A DNA stretch of 64,000 nucleotides from an uncultured Thermomicrobiaceae bacterium (GTDB lineage: Bacteria > Chloroflexota > Chloroflexia > Thermomicrobiales > Thermomicrobiaceae). A program made the position numbers and the translations under genes. The notes below the pieces were generated by a model that saw only the letters and a program-made list of their open reading frames with translations, did not search any database and was not told where the DNA came from. The stretch spans positions 37,363 through 101,362 of the forward strand of contig CALKCJ010000025.1 in the NCBI GenBank assembly GCA_938082375.1, written 5' to 3'. Positions 44,627 to 55,033 of this stretch are shown here, piece by piece. Each line of letters opens with the position of its first letter. Position 1 is the first letter of the stretch.

Positions 44627-45904
44627 CTACGACACCTTCGCGCTCGGTGCCGGGCTGGCGTCTTCGGCTATTGGCTGCTTCACAATGCGCAGTTTGCGCA
44701 CCCGGTGCCGGTCGACGCTGAGCACCTCGACGCGCAGCCCGTCGACCTCCACACACTCGCCGGCCTGGGGGATGTGCCCCAACCGGCGCTGCACCAGCCC
44801 GCCGATCGTCGTCGTCTCCTCGTCCTCAAGACGCACCTCGAAGATGTCCGACACTTCGTCCAGGCTGATGCGGCCGTCGACGATCGCCTCGTCCGCACCG
44901 ACGCGCTCGATGAGTGGCGCCTCAGTATCGTACTCGTCTTGGATCTCGCCGACGATCTCCTCGAGCACGTCCTCGATCGTCAGCAGGCCGGCCGTCCCAC
45001 CGAACTCGTCCACCACGATCGCCATGTGCACCCGCTGCTGCTGGAGGTCGCGCAGCAGCTCATCGACCCGCTTTGACTCGGGCACGAAGTAGGCCGGGCG
45101 CATCACCTCGAGCGCGGTGACGTCCTTCGCCGACTCGCCGATAAAGCGGAGGAGATCCTTGATGTAGACCACGCCGACGATGCTATCGATGCTGCCGCGG
45201 TAGATCGGGATGCGGGAATGGCCCGCCTGCCGGGCGATCTCAACGACCTCCGACACCGGCATGTCCGCTGGTACGGCGACCATGTCCATCCGCGGCACCA
45301 TGATGTCGCGCGCCGTCGAGCGTTCAAGCCGCAGGACGCGGCTGATGATCTGTTCCTCTTCTGGCTCGGCCGGCGCAGACGGCTCGACGAGGGTCATCGG
45401 AGCGGCTTCGACGACCAGGGCGGATGCTGGCTGAGGCAGCACGACTGCCAGTGCGCGCCGGATCAGCCCGCTCAGCCAGAGTAGCGGCGAGGCGATGGTT
45501 GCCAGCGCCGTGGCCAGCCGCTGCGCCCAGGGGGGCGGCGCAGCGAGGTCGGGCGGTAAGAGCAGATCGGGCAACGCCCGGCCCAGCACGGCGATGACGA
45601 TAATCAAGACGATGAGGCCAGCCCCCAGGACATAGGGGGATGCCTGGCGCTGTAAGAGGTCAGCCAGGGCCAGGGCAAACAGCCCGGCACCCAGCAGTTC
45701 GATCGCCTGCACTCCGGCCCGGACAGCCTGCAGGCGCTGTACGTCGAGCCCGTTCTGTCGCTGGTGGTCAGCGAAGAAGGTCAACAATTCGCGGAGTGAG
45801 CGGCGGCCGGGCAACGCGCAGCTCGCTTCGGCGAGGGCAGCCAGCGAAAGCAGCAGAGCCGCCACAAGCATCACGCCTAGGTCGAACCAGACGGTACTAC
45901 TCAA
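44627..45904 (-). CDS. CNNM/hemolysin-family protein (DUF21 TM domain, CBS pair, CorC_HlyC)
   Basis: N-terminal 4 TM; ARDIMVPRMDMVAV...IPIYRGSIDSIVGVVYIKDLL; C-terminal DGRISLDEVSDIF.... Confidence 0.9.
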   Translation of the reverse strand: MSSTVWFDLGVMLVAALLLSLAALAEASCALPGRRSLRELLTFFADHQRQNGLDVQRLQAVRAGVQAIELLGAGLFALALADLLQRQASPYVLGAGLIVLIIVIAVLGRALPDLLLPPDLAAPPPWAQRLATALATIASPLLWLSGLIRRALAVVLPQPASALVVEAAPMTLVEPSAPAEPEEEQIISRVLRLERSTARDIMVPRMDMVAVPADMPVSEVVEIARQAGHSRIPIYRGSIDSIVGVVYIKDLLRFIGESAKDVTALEVMRPAYFVPESKRVDELLRDLQQQRVHMAIVVDEFGGTAGLLTIEDVLEEIVGEIQDEYDTEAPLIERVGADEAIVDGRISLDEVSDIFEVRLEDEETTTIGGLVQRRLGHIPQAGECVEVDGLRVEVLSVDRHRVRKLRIVKQPIAEDASPAPSAKVS

Positions 45905-45989
45905 ATCCTCTCAACTCCTGGGGCCTCACCGCTGCTCGGAGCGAGCGCGTGCGAGCACCCCGTGCGGCGTAGAGCGACGCCAGCGCGCC

Positions 45990-46928
45990 TCAAGTAAAGA
46001 GGGCGCTGATGCTGAGATCCTTGTGAATGCGCATGATCGCTTCGGCCAGAAGCGGGGCCACCGTCAGGATCTCCACCTTCTCCGTCGCGACGCCATCCGG
46101 CAACGGGATCGTATCGGTCACGAACACCTTCTCGACCAGCGAGCGCTCGATCCGCCCCAGCGCACCGTCCGCGAAGACGCCATGAACTGCCGCCGCGTAG
46201 ATGCGTCGGGCACCGCGCTCTCGCAGGAGCTCGGCCGCCTTAAGGAGCGTTCCGCCGGTCGAGATCATGTCGTCCACCACCACGACGTCACGGCCATCGA
46301 CCTCGCCGACCATCTCCAGCACTTCCGGCGTTTCCGGGCCTGTCCGCTTCTTGGAGATGATGGCCAGGCTGCCGCCAGCCCGGCGGCGGAACTCGTCGGC
46401 ACGCGCCACCGCTCCGGCATCCGGGCTGACCACCACGAAGTCCTGCCAGCCGAGCCGGCGAAAGTGCGCGGCCAGGATCGGCGTCGCGCGCAGGTGGTCG
46501 ACCGGGATATCGAAGAAGCCCTCGATGGCCGGCGCGTGCAGGTCGAGCGTGAGCACCCGGTTCGCGCCCGCAGTGGTCAGCAGGTTGGCCAGCAACTTGG
46601 CGCTGATCGGCTCGCGCCCGGCGGTCTTCTTCTCCTGGCGAGCATACGCATAGTAGGGGATCACGGCCGTGATCCGCGCGGCCGAGGCTCGCCGCAGGGC
46701 ATCGAGCATAAGCAGGAACTCCATAATGTGCTGGTTCACCGGCGAGCAGAGCGACTGGATCACGAAGACGTCCGAGCCACGGACGTTCTCCTCCAGCTTG
46801 ACGCGCGTCTCGCCGTCGCTCCAGGAACTGACCTCAGCTCGACCGAGCGGCACCTCCAGCACGTTGGTGATGGCGTACGCCAGCCGCGGGTTCGAGTTCC
46901 CGGCGAAAATTTGCAAACGCCCCTCCAC
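45990..46928 (-). CDS. prs: Ribose-phosphate pyrophosphokinase
   Basis: LQIFAGNSNPRLA, TLDLHAPAIEGFF, VVVVDDMISTGGTL. Confidence 0.95.
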   Translation of the reverse strand: MEGRLQIFAGNSNPRLAYAITNVLEVPLGRAEVSSWSDGETRVKLEENVRGSDVFVIQSLCSPVNQHIMEFLLMLDALRRASAARITAVIPYYAYARQEKKTAGREPISAKLLANLLTTAGANRVLTLDLHAPAIEGFFDIPVDHLRATPILAAHFRRLGWQDFVVVSPDAGAVARADEFRRRAGGSLAIISKKRTGPETPEVLEMVGEVDGRDVVVVDDMISTGGTLLKAAELLRERGARRIYAAAVHGVFADGALGRIERSLVEKVFVTDTIPLPDGVATEKVEILTVAPLLAEAIMRIHKDLSISALFT

Positions 46929-46932
46929 CCGC

Positions 46933-48342
46933 TCACGCTCCCTCTGTTCCCGCTCTCGGCCGCGATCGTCTGGCTTCGATCGGCCGAGCTGGTACCCCGA
47001 CGACCAGCTTTCCAGACGGCACGTCCCGGTTCACGACACTACCGGCGCCGGTACGCCCACCCTCGCCGACGCGAACCGGGGCCACCAGCATCGTGTCGCT
47101 GCCGATGAAGGCATCGTCCTCGATCACCGTGCGGTGCTTCGCGACCCCATCGAAATTACAGGTCACCGTGCCGGCACCGATGTTCACCCGCTCGCCCACC
47201 TCAGCGTCGCCGAGGTAGCTGAAGTGGCCGATGTGCGTCTCTCGTCCGACCTGGGCATTCTTCAGCTCCGCGAAGTTCCCGATATGCACGTCGTCAGCCA
47301 CCTCGGTGCCGGGCCGCAGGTGCGCATAGGGGCCGACGTGCACCCGGCTGCCGAGAACCGCTTCCTCGATCACTGAGGCCAGCACCTCACACTCGGGCCC
47401 GATCCGGCTGTCCCGCACGATCGCGTGCGGGCCGATCCGACTCCCTGCCCCGATCCAGCTCCGCCCGCTGATCACGGTAAACGGCTCGATCCGCGCGTCC
47501 GGCTCGATCACGACGGTGGTATCGATGAACGTGGAGCTCGGGTCGACGATCGCCACCCCGGCCCGCATCAGCCGCTCAGCGATCCGGCGACGAATGATCG
47601 CCTCAGCGCGGGCAAGATCGAGCCGGTCGTTGACGCCGAGCGCCGTCTCTGGCGGCGCGGGCACAGTGAGGGCCGGCTCGGTCGGCCAGGGCGACTGCGC
47701 AGCCAGCTCGACCAGCCAGGTGTGGTAGTACTCGCCGGAAGGGCTGCGCTCCAGGCGCGGCAACGCCTCCTCGAGCCAGTGGCGGTCGTAGCAGGTGGCG
47801 CCGCTCACCACCTCCACCGGCCCATCATAGCTCGCCGCGTCCTCGCGAGCCTCGACGACACCGACCACCCTTCCGTTCTGGCGACGAACGCGACCATAGC
47901 CAGCCGGGTCATCGAGGACGGTCGTCAGCACGGCCACCGCCGGGCGGCGTTCGCTGGCCACAGCGAGGAGCCGCTGCAGATCGGCCACAGCGAGGAGCGG
48001 ATGATCGCCGAAAAGGAGCAGTATCTGACGGATTCTCGGGGCAAGGAGCGGAAGCGCCTGGGCCAGCGCGTGGCCGGTACCCAGCGGCTGCTCCTGCCAG
48101 GCGACCTGCCAGCCGGGCGACAGAATCTCCTCGACAGCCCGCTTGGCCGGGCTGAGGACAACGATCCGTTGCGCTGGCTGGAGCGCCTCGGCAACGTCGA
48201 GGACGTAACTCAGGAGCGGGCGGCCGGCCAGGGGCTGGAGCTCCTTCGCCGTCCGCGACCGCATGCGCGTGCCCAGACCGCCGGCCAGGACAACCACGGC
48301 CAGCGGAGAGTGAGCTGAATCTGTCGATTCGTCAGGTCTCAC
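46933..48342 (-). CDS. glmU: Bifunctional UDP-N-acetylglucosamine pyrophosphorylase / glucosamine-1-phosphate N-acetyltransferase
   Basis: VVLAGGLGTRM N-terminus; C-terminal left-handed beta-helix hexapeptide repeats. Confidence 0.95.
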   Translation of the reverse strand: MRPDESTDSAHSPLAVVVLAGGLGTRMRSRTAKELQPLAGRPLLSYVLDVAEALQPAQRIVVLSPAKRAVEEILSPGWQVAWQEQPLGTGHALAQALPLLAPRIRQILLLFGDHPLLAVADLQRLLAVASERRPAVAVLTTVLDDPAGYGRVRRQNGRVVGVVEAREDAASYDGPVEVVSGATCYDRHWLEEALPRLERSPSGEYYHTWLVELAAQSPWPTEPALTVPAPPETALGVNDRLDLARAEAIIRRRIAERLMRAGVAIVDPSSTFIDTTVVIEPDARIEPFTVISGRSWIGAGSRIGPHAIVRDSRIGPECEVLASVIEEAVLGSRVHVGPYAHLRPGTEVADDVHIGNFAELKNAQVGRETHIGHFSYLGDAEVGERVNIGAGTVTCNFDGVAKHRTVIEDDAFIGSDTMLVAPVRVGEGGRTGAGSVVNRDVPSGKLVVGVPARPIEARRSRPRAGTEGA

Positions 48343-48397
48343 GTTCGCTCTTCAAGCCGGCTGGAGACAACCCGACCGGCCTTCCCGACGTACCACC

Positions 48398-48471
48398 TGG
48401 CTGGCGGGCCAGGATTCGAACCTGGAACAAGGGCTCCAAAGGCCCCTGTGATACCGTTTCACCACCCGCCA
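48398..48471 (-). tRNA. tRNA-Gln (anticodon UUG), CCA encoded
   Basis: Hand-folded cloverleaf: acceptor UGGCGGG/CCCGCCA, D arm GUGA-AACGGUA-UCAC, anticodon arm GGGGC-CUUUGGA-GCCCU, T arm CCAGG-UUCGAAU-CCUGG, discriminator G. Confidence 0.92.
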
Positions 48472-48489
48472 CCGGGCACGTGCCTCTTA

Positions 48490-48519
48490 AGCGTACCGAG
48501 GAATCGGCCTCCCTGTCAA
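48490..48519 (-). promoter_or_regulatory. Putative tRNA-Gln promoter
   Basis: Minus strand: TTGACA-18 nt-TACGCT, ending about 19 nt before the mature tRNA 5' end. Confidence 0.45.
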
Positions 48520-48550
48520 GCCGCCGAATGCTCGATGTACCACCTGGCTA

Positions 48551-48578
48551 TTGACAGTATTTGCTAGCGTGGTATCAT
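48551..48578 (+). promoter_or_regulatory. Strong divergent promoter facing the ABC transporter
   Basis: TTGACA-16 nt-TATCAT with TGG (extended -10) immediately upstream of the -10. Confidence 0.5.
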
Positions 48579-49195
48579 CGGCCACGAGGCTATGATTCAG
48601 TCAAGCGTCAAAACTGTGGGGAGGTTGCACTACGGGCAGGCGGAGCCGGCCGCATCTGGCCCCGAACCGGGCGAGAGAGTTGACCACGCAGAGTTGGCCC
48701 ACACCGCTTCCTGATGGCCGGCACAAGAGCGATGCCAATGGGCTGCAGGCCAGATATTGCCTTATCGCAGTCTCGTGCTTGGCTTCCCGTGCCGATCGCG
48801 GAGCTCGTGCCCCTCAGTGCCGTCGTAGACCTCGCCGTCGATCACCGGCGCCTCGCACCTCGCCCCTCACGATTGGACCACGCCTACCCGGCGCTCCCCG
48901 GTGGTTTCGGGGACGTATCATCCGCACCCGCCTCCGGTCAGCAGCGAACGCGCGGAGCAACCGGCCATCCTCACGGTGGGGGATTTCCAGACCTCGCTGC
49001 TCCCTCGCCAGTTCCAAACGATTCGGCAACGGTAAAGTCGATTATGACACGGCTGAATTCCCCTATCCCAGGACCACGAGAAGGGAGGCGAGCCTATCGA
49101 CGAGTGAGCTGGTCGAGCGGGTCGCGTGACCTGCTGGTGCAGTCGCAGCGCCTCATCGCTGCAGAGTTGAGCTGACAGGAGTGAGGAGGACGATC

Positions 49196-51001
49196 ATGAC
49201 GGAGCGGCTACAGGAGAACAGGCTTCTTCGGGAGCTCATGCGTGGCCGGCTGAGTCGCCGGCAAGTGCTGCGGCGTGCTGCAGCCCTGGGAGCCAGCATG
49301 TCCGCCATGTCCGCGCTGCTGGCCGCCTGCGCGCGCCAGGAGGCGACGCCGGCCGCATCGCCCACCGCTGCGCAGCCTGCCCCCGCTTCGCCAACGGCGC
49401 CTGCCCCGGCCCAGACACCGGCTGCTACCCCAGCCCCGGTTGGGACACCGAGCTTCTCCAACCCGGAACCAGCGCGGAGCAAAGGCGGTGCAGTGATCGA
49501 GGGTTCCTTCGCCGACGCCAAGACGGTCAACCCGATCCTGGTCAGCGACACCGCCTCCAGCGCGATTGCCGATCTACTCTTCAACCCAGTCGTCACGGTC
49601 GACCCCGAGACGACGTCGCCGATCGGTGAGCTGTCCGAGGGGTGGGAGATTTCCGACGATGGGCTGGTCTACACCTTCACGCTGCGGGATGGCGTGACCT
49701 TCCACGATGGCGAGCCACTCTCCGCCGACGATGTCAAGTTCACCTACGACCTGTTCATGAACCAGGCGACCGGCTCGCCGCGCACGTCCGAGATGATCGA
49801 GCGCATCAAGACAGTCGAGGTGGTCGATAAACGAACGGTACGCTACACGCTGAACTTCCCGGTCGCGCCCTTCCTGGTCGACCAGATGACCTTCGGCATC
49901 GTGCCCCAGCACGTGCTGAAGGACGTCGACCCGGCCAAGCTCGCGCAGGACACCTTCTCGACCGGCGAAAAGGGCCGCACGATCGGCACCGGCCCCTTCA
50001 TGTTCGAGGAGTGGGTTAAGGACGACCACATCACGCTGGTCAAGAACCCGAACTACTGGAAGGGCGAGCCGAACCTCGACCGGTACATCTACAAGGTCGT
50101 GCCGGACGCGACGGTGGTGGCACAGCAGCTCAAGACTGGCGAGATCGACTACGGCGGGATCGAGCCCTCGCAGCTCGAGGACATGCGACGACAGCCCAAC
50201 GTGAACGTCAGTGTGTACGACACCTTCAGCTTCACGTTCTATGCCTACCAGCTCGACCCAGAGAAGAGCACGATCTTCCAGGAGAAGGAAGTGCGCCAGG
50301 CGCTGCTCTACGCGCTCGACCGCCAGGCGATGATCGACGCGATCCGCTTCGGCATCGGGAAGGTCGCTGTCGGTACCATGCCGGTACTCTCCTGGGCCTA
50401 CGCGCCGGATCAGATCAAGCTCAAGTACGAGCATGACCCGGAGAAGGCGAAGCAGCTCCTGGATCAGGCGGGCTGGGTACCTGGCCCTGACGGCATCCGG
50501 CAGAAGAACGGCCAGCGGCTGGCTTTTACCGTCTATACCAATGCCGGCAACAAGATCCGCGAGCAATACGTCGCGGTCTTCCAGGAGCAGTGGAAGCAGA
50601 TCGGAGTCGAGTGCACGCCGCAGACGGAGGAGTGGAACGCCTTCCTCGACCGGATCACCGGCACCAAGAACTTCGACATGTTCCTCGTCGGCTTCGTCTG
50701 GGGTGTCGACCCCGACCAGAGCACGATGTGGAAGTGCTCCGCCTACGAGGGCGGCTTCAACATGAACAAGTACTGCAACCCGGAGGTCGACCGGCTGCTC
50801 GACGAGGCGCTGAAGATCACCGACCAGGAAAAGCGTAAGCAGCTCTACATCCAGATGCAGAACATCTTGACGGAGGATCTGCCAAGCGCGATCCTCGACT
50901 TCCCACAGGCGATCGCGGTGGTCAATAAGCGCGTGCACAACCTGTTCCCGAATGCGGTGAACGTCCGGATCAACGCGCACCAGTGGTGGGTCGAGTCCTG
51001 A
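49196..51001 (+). CDS. ABC transporter substrate-binding lipoprotein, family 5 (peptide/nickel type), Tat signal
   Basis: SRRQVLRRAAALG twin-arginine motif, lipobox LLAAC, SBP_bac_5 pattern throughout. GAGGAGGA 5 nt before ATG 49196. Confidence 0.9.
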   Translation: MTERLQENRLLRELMRGRLSRRQVLRRAAALGASMSAMSALLAACARQEATPAASPTAAQPAPASPTAPAPAQTPAATPAPVGTPSFSNPEPARSKGGAVIEGSFADAKTVNPILVSDTASSAIADLLFNPVVTVDPETTSPIGELSEGWEISDDGLVYTFTLRDGVTFHDGEPLSADDVKFTYDLFMNQATGSPRTSEMIERIKTVEVVDKRTVRYTLNFPVAPFLVDQMTFGIVPQHVLKDVDPAKLAQDTFSTGEKGRTIGTGPFMFEEWVKDDHITLVKNPNYWKGEPNLDRYIYKVVPDATVVAQQLKTGEIDYGGIEPSQLEDMRRQPNVNVSVYDTFSFTFYAYQLDPEKSTIFQEKEVRQALLYALDRQAMIDAIRFGIGKVAVGTMPVLSWAYAPDQIKLKYEHDPEKAKQLLDQAGWVPGPDGIRQKNGQRLAFTVYTNAGNKIREQYVAVFQEQWKQIGVECTPQTEEWNAFLDRITGTKNFDMFLVGFVWGVDPDQSTMWKCSAYEGGFNMNKYCNPEVDRLLDEALKITDQEKRKQLYIQMQNILTEDLPSAILDFPQAIAVVNKRVHNLFPNAVNVRINAHQWWVES

Positions 51002-51121
51002 TCAGGGGGTGACCGCTGGAGGGGCTAGGCTGGATTGCCTGCTGGCCTGGCCCCCTCCGGCCGGGCAGCCGAGTCGTGGCTGCTGCCAGCGCCGCAGTGG
51101 CAACGTCGGAGAGGACGGTCG

Positions 51122-52090
51122 ATGGGGCGCTATATCGTCGCACGGCTCATCCAGATGGTTCCGCTGCTCCTCGGGATCACGCTGGTGACCTTCGTCATCG
51201 CGAACGTCATCCCCGGGAGCCCGGTCTCCCAACTCGAGTTCCAGCCCGGCGTTCGCCCAGAAGATATCGAGCGCATCCGCCGGCAGCTCGGGCTTGACGA
51301 GCCGATCCATATCCGCTACGTCCAGTGGCTCAGCCACGTGCTCCGCGGCGACCTCGGCCTCTCGCTGGTCACGTTCCGGCCGGTGTCCAGCCTCATCCTC
51401 GAGAAGCTGCCCAACACACTGCTGCTGACAGTGACGGCGCTGCTCCTCTCGCTCGCCTTCTCGATCCCGGTGGGAGTGCTGGCTGCGGTGCGCCGCAACT
51501 CGCTCTTCGATCAGATCGCCACCGTCGGCGCGGTGGCCGGCGTGGCCGTGCCGACGTTCTGGCTCGGCTTGATGCTGATCGTCCTCTTCGCGGTCAAGTT
51601 CCGGGAGTGGGGACTGCCCGCCCTGCCCCCGGGAGGCATGTACGACCTGCGGGGTGGCGGTGGGCTGCTCGACCGGCTCGAACACCTGGCGCTGCCGGCC
51701 TTCACGCTGGCCTTCGTGCAGACCGCCGGGTGGACGCGCTACATCCGCTCCCAGATGATCGAGGTGCTACGCCAGGACTACATCCGCGTCGCCGAGTCGA
51801 AGGGGCTGCCGCGGCGCCTGGTCATCTTCCGTCATGGTTTGCGCAACGCCATCCTGCCGCTGGTGACCCTGCTGGCGCTCGACCTGCCGACGTTGTTCAG
51901 CGGCGCCGTCGTCACTGAGACGATCTTTACCTGGAACGGGCTCGGCCGGCTCATCGTCGATTCCACCTTCAAGCGCGACTACACGGTGGTCATGGGCGTT
52001 GTGCTCTTCATCTCGTTCTTGACCATCGTCGCGAACCTCATCGCAGATATCCTGTACGCACAGCTCGACCCCCGGATCCGGTATGACTAG
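51122..52090 (+). CDS. ABC transporter permease (DppB/OppB-like)
   Basis: MGRYIVARLIQMVPLLLGITLVTF N-terminus; EAA-type loop AESKGLPRRLVIFRHGLRNA. Confidence 0.9.
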   Translation: MGRYIVARLIQMVPLLLGITLVTFVIANVIPGSPVSQLEFQPGVRPEDIERIRRQLGLDEPIHIRYVQWLSHVLRGDLGLSLVTFRPVSSLILEKLPNTLLLTVTALLLSLAFSIPVGVLAAVRRNSLFDQIATVGAVAGVAVPTFWLGLMLIVLFAVKFREWGLPALPPGGMYDLRGGGGLLDRLEHLALPAFTLAFVQTAGWTRYIRSQMIEVLRQDYIRVAESKGLPRRLVIFRHGLRNAILPLVTLLALDLPTLFSGAVVTETIFTWNGLGRLIVDSTFKRDYTVVMGVVLFISFLTIVANLIADILYAQLDPRIRYD

Positions 52091-52134
52091 CAGCGCTCGT
52101 CCCTCAGAGTGGCTCTGGAGCGTGGAGGGAATCG

Positions 52135-53082
52135 ATGGCTGACGTATCCGGTCGGTCTTCTGCTCCGGCGGCGACTGTCCGCGAACGTGCAGTTCCCGAG
52201 CTGAGCCGCGTGGCCCTGACCCGGCCGAGAAGCTACCTCCGGCAGTCCTGGGATCGGTTCAAGCGGAACCACCTCGCGGTCGTTGCGCTCGCGGGGACTG
52301 TTCTCATCATGCTCTTCAGTTACGGCGCCCCGCTGATCTCGGAGTTCATCACCCACAAGGGCTACAGCGACCAGTCGCTGCTGAAGGGGCTGCGACCACC
52401 GTTCACCGACGGCTACATCCTCGGCAGCGACAACCTGGGGCGGGATATCCTGACGCGCCTCGCCTACGGTGGCCGCGTCTCGATGACCGTCGCGCTCCTA
52501 GCGGTAGCGAGCGCGCTGGCCATCGGGCTGCCGCTCGGTGCGATCGCCGGCTTCTACGGGCGCTGGATCGACTCGGTCATCATGCGCTTCGTCGACGTCA
52601 TGCTCTCGATCCCTGGTCTCTACCTGCTGATCCTGATCAACTCGCTCTTCCACGTCGGGTGGATCGGCCTCTCGCTCGTCATCGCCGCGCTGAGCTGGAT
52701 GGGGCTGGCGCGGCTGGTGCGTGGCGAGGTCTTGAGCCTGAAGCACCGCGACTTCATCGAGGCCGCCCGCGTCAACGGCGCCTCGGACGTGCGCATCATC
52801 TTCCTGCACATGGTGCCGAACGTGACGCCCATCATCATCGTCTGGGCGACGCTGGCGGTTCCGGTCTTCATCATCGTCGAGGCCACACTGAGCTTCCTCG
52901 GTCTCGGCGTGCGCATCCCGACGCCGTCGTGGGGTAACATGCTGAACGAAGCGCAGCAGTTCATCACCCGATCTTGGTGGCTCGCGTTCATCCCCGGCTT
53001 CATGATCTACATCACCGTCCTGGCGATCAACATCCTGGGCAACGGGCTGCGCGACGCGCTTGACCCGCGGCTCTCCGAGTGA
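52135..53082 (+). CDS. ABC transporter permease (DppC/OppC-like)
   Basis: LGSDNLGRDILTRL; EAARVNGASDVRIIFLHMVPNV. Confidence 0.9.
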   Translation: MADVSGRSSAPAATVRERAVPELSRVALTRPRSYLRQSWDRFKRNHLAVVALAGTVLIMLFSYGAPLISEFITHKGYSDQSLLKGLRPPFTDGYILGSDNLGRDILTRLAYGGRVSMTVALLAVASALAIGLPLGAIAGFYGRWIDSVIMRFVDVMLSIPGLYLLILINSLFHVGWIGLSLVIAALSWMGLARLVRGEVLSLKHRDFIEAARVNGASDVRIIFLHMVPNVTPIIIVWATLAVPVFIIVEATLSFLGLGVRIPTPSWGNMLNEAQQFITRSWWLAFIPGFMIYITVLAINILGNGLRDALDPRLSE

Positions 53083-53189
53083 TCGGCCAGCGGTTCGGGC
53101 CACGGCCGGAGAAGAACACACCACAGGATGCTGTGCAAACCGAGCGCTGAGGCGTTGCGCGGGCAAGGCCACGGTGCTAACCTAGAGAT

Positions 53190-53295
<106 letters not shown>

Positions 53296-53313
53296 GATTT
53301 GCTCCACTCCGCA

Positions 53314-53347
53314 CCGCCGGACCGTTCTGGTCGGCGGCTTTTCTGTT
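53314..53347 (+). terminator. Riboswitch expression-platform terminator
   Basis: CCGCCGGACC-GTTCT-GGTCGGCGG followed by CTTTTCTGTT. Confidence 0.6.
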
Positions 53348-53391
53348 GGCCGCCAGTGCCATTGCTACGCTCGACCGGGAAAGGAGTGGGG

Positions 53392-54225
53392 ATGGCTGTC
53401 CAACACGACATCGCCAAAGCGCTCACGATCGCCGGCTCCGACTCGGGTGCCGGCGCCGGGATCCAGGCGGATCTGAAGACCTTCGCGGCGCTCGGCGTCT
53501 ACGGCAGCACGGTGATCACGGCGATCACGGCCCAGAACACGCTCGGCGTCACCGCCGTGCACGAGATCCCGACCGAGATCATCGCCGCCCAGCTCGACGC
53601 GGTGATGAGCGACATCGGCGCGCAGGCCGCCAAGACTGGGATGCTCAGCTCGGCCGAGATCATCGAGACGGTCGCCGAAGGTGTGCGCCGGCATGGGATC
53701 GAGCAGCTCGTGGTCGACCCGGTCATGGTCGCCAAGAGCGGCGACCGCTTGCTGCGGGAGGACGCCGTCGAAGCGCTGCGCCAGGTGCTGCTGCCGCTGG
53801 CGCTGGTGGTGACCCCCAACGCGCCGGAGGCCGAGGTGCTCGCCGGCCGGGAGATCGCGAGCGAGGCGGATATGGTCGAGGCGGCGCGGGCGATCCACGC
53901 GCTCGGCCCGCGCTACGTCGTGGTGAAGGGCGGGCACCTCGGCGGCGACGCCGTGGATGTGCTGTACGATGGACGGACGGTGGAGCGGTTCGTGCTCCCG
54001 CGGGTGCCGACCCGGCACACCCACGGCACCGGCTGCACCTTCTCCGCCGCCATCGCGGCCTACCTCGCCCGCGGGGAAGACGTGCGTTCGGCCGTCTGGC
54101 ACGCCAAGCAGTACTTGCACGAGGCGCTACGGTACGCCTACCCGATCGGGGCCGGACAATCGCCGGTGCACCACTTCTACGCGCTCTGGGCCGCCGGGAT
54201 GCTGACTCGACAGGAGGTGTCGTGA
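53392..54225 (+). CDS. thiD: Hydroxymethylpyrimidine/phosphomethylpyrimidine kinase
   Basis: [21 protein letters not shown]; [15 protein letters not shown]; AAGGAG RBS before ATG 53392. Confidence 0.93.
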   Translation: MAVQHDIAKALTIAGSDSGAGAGIQADLKTFAALGVYGSTVITAITAQNTLGVTAVHEIPTEIIAAQLDAVMSDIGAQAAKTGMLSSAEIIETVAEGVRRHGIEQLVVDPVMVAKSGDRLLREDAVEALRQVLLPLALVVTPNAPEAEVLAGREIASEADMVEAARAIHALGPRYVVVKGGHLGGDAVDVLYDGRTVERFVLPRVPTRHTHGTGCTFSAAIAAYLARGEDVRSAVWHAKQYLHEALRYAYPIGAGQSPVHHFYALWAAGMLTRQEVS

Positions 54226-55025
54226 TGGTCGAGACCGTGACCCGCGTGAAGGACGACAAACCCCTGAAGATCGCCGATCGCGAGTTCGCCTCGCGCTTGA
54301 TCCTGGGTACCGGCAAGTGGCGGTCGAACGAGGAGATGCTGGCAGCGCTGGAAGCCTCCGGCTGCGAGATGGTGACGGTGGCGCTCCGGCGCATCAACTT
54401 CGACGACCCGCAGAGCCGCAGCATCCTGGAGGTCATCGACTGGAACAAGTACCAGATCCTGCCGAACACCGCCGGCTGCCGGACGGCCGAGGAGGCGATC
54501 CGGGTGGCGCGGCTGGCGCGGGCGATGGGGCTCTCGCACTGGGTCAAGCTGGAGGTGATCCCCGACCCAAAGTACCTGCTGCCCGACCCGATCGGCACCT
54601 TCGAGGCGGCCAAGGTGCTGGTGGACGAGGGCTTCGTCGTCCTGCCCTACATCAACGCCGACCCGGTGCTGGCCAAGCGGCTGGAGGAGATCGGCTGCGC
54701 GACCGTCATGCCGCTGGGCTCGCCGATCGGCTCCGGGCAGGGGCTGCCGGACTTCCGGCAGATCCAGATCATCATCGAGCAGGCGAACGTGCCCGTCATC
54801 GTCGACGCCGGCATCGGCGCGCCCTCGGACGCCGCGCTGGCGATGGAGATCGGGGCCGACGCCTGCCTGATCAATACCGCCATCGCCCAGGCCGGCGACC
54901 CGGTGAAGATGGCGCGCGCCATGCGGTTGGCGATCGAGGCCGGGCGGCTCTGCTACCTGGCCGGGCGGATCCCGAAGAAGCCCTACGCCTCGGCCAGCAG
55001 CCCGCTCGAGGGCGTGATCCGGTAG
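54225..55025 (+). CDS. thiG: Thiazole synthase
   Basis: [44 protein letters not shown] overlap with thiD; CAGGAGGTG RBS. Confidence 0.93.
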   Translation: MVETVTRVKDDKPLKIADREFASRLILGTGKWRSNEEMLAALEASGCEMVTVALRRINFDDPQSRSILEVIDWNKYQILPNTAGCRTAEEAIRVARLARAMGLSHWVKLEVIPDPKYLLPDPIGTFEAAKVLVDEGFVVLPYINADPVLAKRLEEIGCATVMPLGSPIGSGQGLPDFRQIQIIIEQANVPVIVDAGIGAPSDAALAMEIGADACLINTAIAQAGDPVKMARAMRLAIEAGRLCYLAGRIPKKPYASASSPLEGVIR

Positions 55026-55033
55026 GACGGGCC

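Noticed and set aside
48585-49195. tmRNA, RNase P RNA or cobalamin/NiCo riboswitch in the unassigned region upstream of the ABC binding protein.
   Set aside because: There is no tRNA-like 3' end (UCCACCA), no GAGGAAAGUCC P4 motif, and no B12 box (GCCACUG) or AGGGAA..GGUG core. A GGGG...-start resemblance to tmRNA does not extend.
48386-49195. Integrated mobile element at tRNA-Gln.
   Set aside because: No integrase, excisionase or other mobile-element genes lie between or beside the 17-nt repeats. The bracketed segment is only the tRNA and its promoter. It is kept as a low-interest scar hypothesis only.
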